Below, piece after piece: positions 58,701 to 64,000 of a stretch of DNA of 64,000 nt. Below the pieces are notes generated by a model that worked only from the letters and a program-made list of their open reading frames with translations, was not told where the DNA came from and did not search any database. Each line of letters starts with the position of its first letter. Position 1 is the stretch's first letter. Made by a program: the position numbers and the translations under genes. The DNA comes from the human T2T-CHM13v2.0 reference genome, Homo sapiens: assembly GCF_009914755.1 (NCBI RefSeq), contig NC_060936.1. One strand, given 5' to 3'.

Positions 58701-61700
58701 CTAACAGGCATACTAAAATGCTGTAAGAAGAGCAGTTGGGGGCAGGGTCAGCTACACTGAGAAGCTTCCTGGGGCAGCTTTTCCCCAGCAAATGAAAATG
58801 TGTCTGTAATCCAGAGACTGTTTTTCCCTCTGGGGTGACCTCTCTATCATGAAAATCTGCCACCATCATCACCCATAAACCTGGTGACATTATTCCATTG
58901 TTGCATTCAACACAATCTGTTCAACCAATGCTCACTGGATGGGTGGTTGGACGGGTGGACATGTCTCTATCACATCACTGGGCTGTGACCTCCATGACGC
59001 CAGAAACTGCTATCTTCACTGGGGTCGCTTCCATAATGAAAATCTGCTGCCATTATCACCCCTGAATCCTAGAGTACATTTCCACTGGCCCATTGCATAC
59101 AGTCAGTACTCAATCAGTGCTTTCTTAATTGGTCAGTAAAAAGCGGAATCAACAGAAAGGGAAATGAGCTCTGGTTTTAGGAATGGCAAGAGGAACAGAG
59201 ATAGGAAAACACACACAGCTCAGCTCAAACCTTCACCACAGGTCCACGTGTTCATCCTTGTGTATTAGCATCAACACAGCGACAGGAAGCCAGGGCTCTG
59301 CAGGGTGCAGAATTCCATTCCTAATCTGTAAAGACTGTAACTGAAACTTAGATGAGTAAAGGGACATTATCTAAGGTAAGTGGTGAGTTAGTCACACACC
59401 TGGGTTTAGAACCTGTGGCTCCAAGCCTCATCCACCTCAATGCTTTCTCACATGGGCCACATTCATATAGCCAACAACACTATGAAGCCTGTGTGTTCTG
59501 TGCTACGAAAACTCAGATAAATAAGACACAGTTTTAAGTCTTGTCTTCAAGTCTCTAGGTTGTATTTGAGAATTGCATCAGGAATTTATATATTTGGAAT
59601 TCATCATTTTCAAATATAATGCATATCAAACTGAGCCACCAGATATGAAAACAAAGTTGACTCCAACTCAATCTGAAGCTAATCCAGATTTCTAGTTGTC
59701 TGGCTGCTTTCACTTTTAGTTGAATGACTGACGATTACTTTAAAACTCATTTCACCTAAAACAAATGCTTGATTTCTAGCACTTAGGGAAAAATGTTCAT
59801 TTGTGCCTTTCACTTGATTTTTTTATTAATTACAGAAGAAAGAATTATTTTAAAAGAATAGTTTTATGAAAAGAGTAATTCAGTCATATCCTAGAATTGT
59901 ACCAATGAGTAATCATTGAAAAATATTCCCAGGCATGGCTCTTCTGCATTGCCTGGTGAAGTATTTTTGGTAAAACCTGACATTTTGATCAACTGAATTA
60001 TAGATTTTGAAATTGGAGTATATATAATACTATCTATGGCCACAAGGGGATACAATGGCTCTATTACTAGAGGAGGGAAAATAGAGCTGTCTTTTAAGGC
60101 AAGACATGAAGGCACGAGTAGCCTTCAAGACCAATGGCATAATAACCACCTACCATCATGCCCACACTTCTATCAATAAGAGCTTGGGAATTCATTTCAG
60201 TTTTACCTTCCTGTTTTGCTTACTTTTTTAACTGTGCATCTATCTGTGCCCACGTACATTAGAAGTCCATTAAAACAGAACAAACCAAAACAACAGCAAC
60301 AACAAATAAACAAACCAAAAAAACCTCCATCTGATTCTAATTAGAATTTCCCATAAAACTTTACACACTGTTCTCTCCAGTTTCCATTTTGGTCCATGAC
60401 AGCTCTATCATTCACAAAACCACTATAGTGGCCAATGCAGCTTTTGGCTCTGACCTATGGAATGAATGAAGGTGGAGTTTGTTTTACCCACTATGGCACT
60501 TCAGCAAGATGGCAGAGCAGACACCCATTTCTCCCTTCATGCCGAATTGATAGTAGTAAGAAGATACCAATTTTCTTAACAGGAGAGAAATCTCCATTTT
60601 CATCCTTGATCCCTGTCACCCTTTCCCATTTCTCTATCTATTGAATGTTTTCATGCAAAGCTCTGCATCTGGCTAGATCGGTTTAGAGAAGAGCTTTCCT
60701 AAGAAACAAGGGCACAAAATGCCCACATCACTGAGAGATATACCCAGAGCTGTGTTACAAAAGTCACTTGTCTTGCTTTGAATCTACTAAAATTTACTTT
60801 AAACTGACAGGTGATTTAGCGGGTGTGGGGAAGGGAGAATGAGCAAGCAGTGACCTCTACTGCATTTCAGCCAATAATTAAAGCATAAAAACTTTCGTCA
60901 GTGTTTACCAAAATAATTCTTTGTGTCTGCCATTTTTGACCCTATAAGCCAAACAGTGCATATGTTGTTATTCTCTTATGTGTGATAATTATTCATTTAC
61001 AGAGTGGATGACTGTGGGAAAATAGAAAGAAATGAATGGATGGAATTGAAATGAAGTGATCTTCTCATTATGATTCAAAAAGGAGTTGACATACGATATG
61101 GGCATTTGTACATTTCAGGGAAAAATTAAAAGGAGTTGAACTTCACCATGAATTACAGATTACCTCTAAGTCTGTTGTATGTTTTTAGGCACCAACTTGT
61201 CTTCTGGCAACACAACACTTATCAGAATAAGTTAGGCATGTGCACGTGGGTATTTCATAGTGACTTCCACCTAGGCCGTCTGATACTAAGACGTGAGTGG
61301 CTCTTTAGTGAAAGTAGAGGTAGACCACTGACAATCAGGGACCTCCTCAGCATCACCTTTTCACCCTCTGCCTTGGAAGACTGATGCCTTTAGAGACCTG
61401 TGTACTCACAGGACATAAACATGGTGGGTTGGCGTCATAACAGAAGAGAGTTTGCTGAGTCCAGGATTCTCTGTGCAATGTAAAGACACACAGGGCATGC
61501 TAACGTTTATTGTAAGGGAGGGTGACAATTCCCCTATATGCCTAAATACAAAATAAAACTTTCCCTCACATTAACGCTGAGAAAAATAGTGCGTGTTATG
61601 TGCTGACCTCCCAATCACATTATTGTTTAACACAAAGTACATCTGGGGGAGACCAATCAACCAGAAACAACCTCTATTGGTGCTAATGTTAGATTCTAAA

Positions 61701-61935
61701 GGAAGTCTACTCATGCAACTAGCGAGAAAAGGGATGAAGGCACATAGTAACGATTTTGTCATTATTCTTACAGGCTGGTAGACCTTGAAGTTTAGTTTCC
61801 TACCTGCAGTTTAAGATCCTATGAAAACACAATGTGGTAAGTAGCTGCCAATATAACATTACACAACAACAACCAAAAAGACCTTAATGCAATGCAAATG
61901 GATACAAGTAGTTTAGTTTATTTTCAAAACAAGCA

Positions 61936-62220
61936 CTATATATATATATACACACACACACACATAGACATACAGATATACATATGTGTACATGCATGTA
62001 ATTTCAATACATACATATATGTATACACATGTATATTTCTACATTATGTATGTATATATGTATATATGTATGCATACATAAATATACACACACATATACA
62101 TATGTATATATGTATATATGTATACGTGTGTGTATATGTATATGTGTATATGTATGCGTATATGTGTGTGTGTATATATATACACACTGTGCTTGTATTG
62201 AAAATAATATATATGTATTT
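61936..62220. repeat. (TA/CA/TG)n low-complexity tract
   Basis: Seen directly. Confidence 0.95.
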
Positions 62221-62983
62221 TTCTCTTAAAACACATAGACAGAAGTGAATATGATGAATTCCGAGCACCCAGTCAGATAACTCCATGAGTGATGAAGAAA
62301 GCACTGAAGTCTAATACGTGAGCCAAAACAATATGAATAAAATTGTTTCTTTAATTAAGTGGAAAATTATATCTACGTTCCTGTGTTATTTTGTATAATA
62401 TGTGTCTTAAAACTATATAGAGCTAAAACTATAAAATCAATATTTTATTATTGTACCTAGATCTCTAAGATCTAAATATTTACATTAGCAATTGCATTGA
62501 TCTTTTCATTGGAAATAGGGGGCTGCTTGCCTGATATTTTTGAGTGCTTCAAGATGGGGATTATCTTAAAATCTGTGTTCACCAATTGGAATGTGCCAAG
62601 CACTTGTGTGTCTGCTTTGATTTAGAGATGGGGGAGCTGGGTAAATATGTACCTAGATCAGAGTTGAGAACAAACCCTGGGCCTTGGAAGCTGCATTTAG
62701 CTCACAGGTTTCCTTTGATGTGCTCATTGTTCTTTGGAGTTTGAATGAGTTGCCCTCTCTGGACAATCCTGTGCTCTCTTTGTCAACACATTCCCTGTCA
62801 CTCCCTGTACGTCTCAGTCACCTTCACTCTGATATACTGCCTGCTGTATAATAGGACATCATCAACATTCACCCATTCAAGGCCTCCCTTTTTATTTAAT
62901 TTCATTGTTTCTGTTTATGTTCTAGTTAAGAATTGCCGTATAACAAATGACTCCAATACTTAGCAACTTAACACAACTATGAA

Positions 62984-63269
62984 TTTTTTTTTTTTTTTTT
63001 GAAATGGAGTCTCACTCTGTCGCCCAGGCTGGAGTGCAATAGTACAATCTCAGCTCACCACAACCTCCACCTCCAGTGTTCAAGCAATTTCTTCCTGAGT
63101 AGCTGGGATTACAGGCACCCACCACCATGCCTGACTAATTTTTCTATTTTTAGTAGAGACAGGATTTCACCATGTTGGTCAGGCTGGTCTTGAACATCTG
63201 ACCTCGTGATCTGCCCACCTCGGCCTCGCAAAGTGTTGGGATTACAGGCGTGAGCCACCGTGCCTGGCC
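62984..63269 (-). mobile_element. AluS inserted in an MLT1 relic (about 62905-63685)
   Basis: Alu dimer with a small deletion; TSD aactatga(a)tttt; MLT1 motifs catcatctgaaggctcaactg and catcacttctgc. Confidence 0.92.
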
Positions 63270-64000
63270 TATAACTATGATTTTACTCTTAATTTTGTAG
63301 AGCAAGGGATCAGCTCAGTAGTCTTGTGTGGGATCTCCTGCAATTAAAATAAGCTATCAGCTGGGGCTGCCATCATCTGAAGGCTCAACTGAGCTGCAAG
63401 TCTAAGATGGTGCACTCACATGGCTGCAGCTGATGCCACCTGTCAACTTGTAGCTCAGCTGGGGCTGTTGACTCTGTACTTGCACATGGCTTCTTCCCAT
63501 GTGTCAACTGGCTTCCTCCAGAGTAAGTGTCCCAAGAGAACCAAATATGCTGAAGGCATCACTTCTGCAATACTTTAATGGTTGAAACTGTCAAAAACCC
63601 ACTCAAACTCAAGGGGAAAAAACATAGAACCTACATCTTAATGGGACAAATTTAAAGTAATCTAGGGCCATTGTTTTAAACCACTCATCTCATCCCTATC
63701 CCCACCCATCATTCTTTTTTCCCCATAGGTACTACTCTAATATATTTGATATTTGTGCTTAAAAATATTTATTCCTGAAAGATATATAGTAATTAGCTGG
63801 TGACACAGTTTCCATATAAATAAATAGTATTGTGCTCTTATTCCTGGTCTTTTTTGTTTTAACATTTTCTCCTTAGCACTGTATTTTGGAAATCCACTCA
63901 TGTTTATATGGTTGTCTATGGAACTCTTCAGGCTACTTATATATACTTGAGCCCACGTAAAATATTTATTGTAAGTACCATTTTATGCGCTGAAATGTGT

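Overview
Primate (human-like) repeat-rich non-coding DNA, either intergenic or deep intronic. I cannot name the locus, and no protein-coding gene is supportable: the recognisable ORFs are Alu-, L1-, LTR- or microsatellite-derived, and the rest are short ORFs with no coding evidence. The window holds about 17 Alu copies or fragments, about 10 truncated L1s, a full-length THE1 (MaLR) provirus with both LTRs and a TSD, three MLT2 LTRs, other solo LTRs (MST, LTR47-like, MER4-group, MLT1), hAT and mariner MITEs, MIR/L2 relics and several simple repeats. Subfamily names come from recalled consensus sequences and need RepeatMasker confirmation. I found no convincing novel gene system. The most notable structure that repeat annotation does not explain is a set of local copy events: a 107-bp tandem duplication, two dispersed templated insertions (80 and 118 bp), two inverted duplications (~450 and ~180 bp) that copy TE junctions or tails, and an L1 with a ~100-bp target-site duplication. 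Two candidate regulatory elements also stand out: a triple NF-kB site cluster and a 23-bp minisatellite carrying RORE-like and D-box-like motifs.
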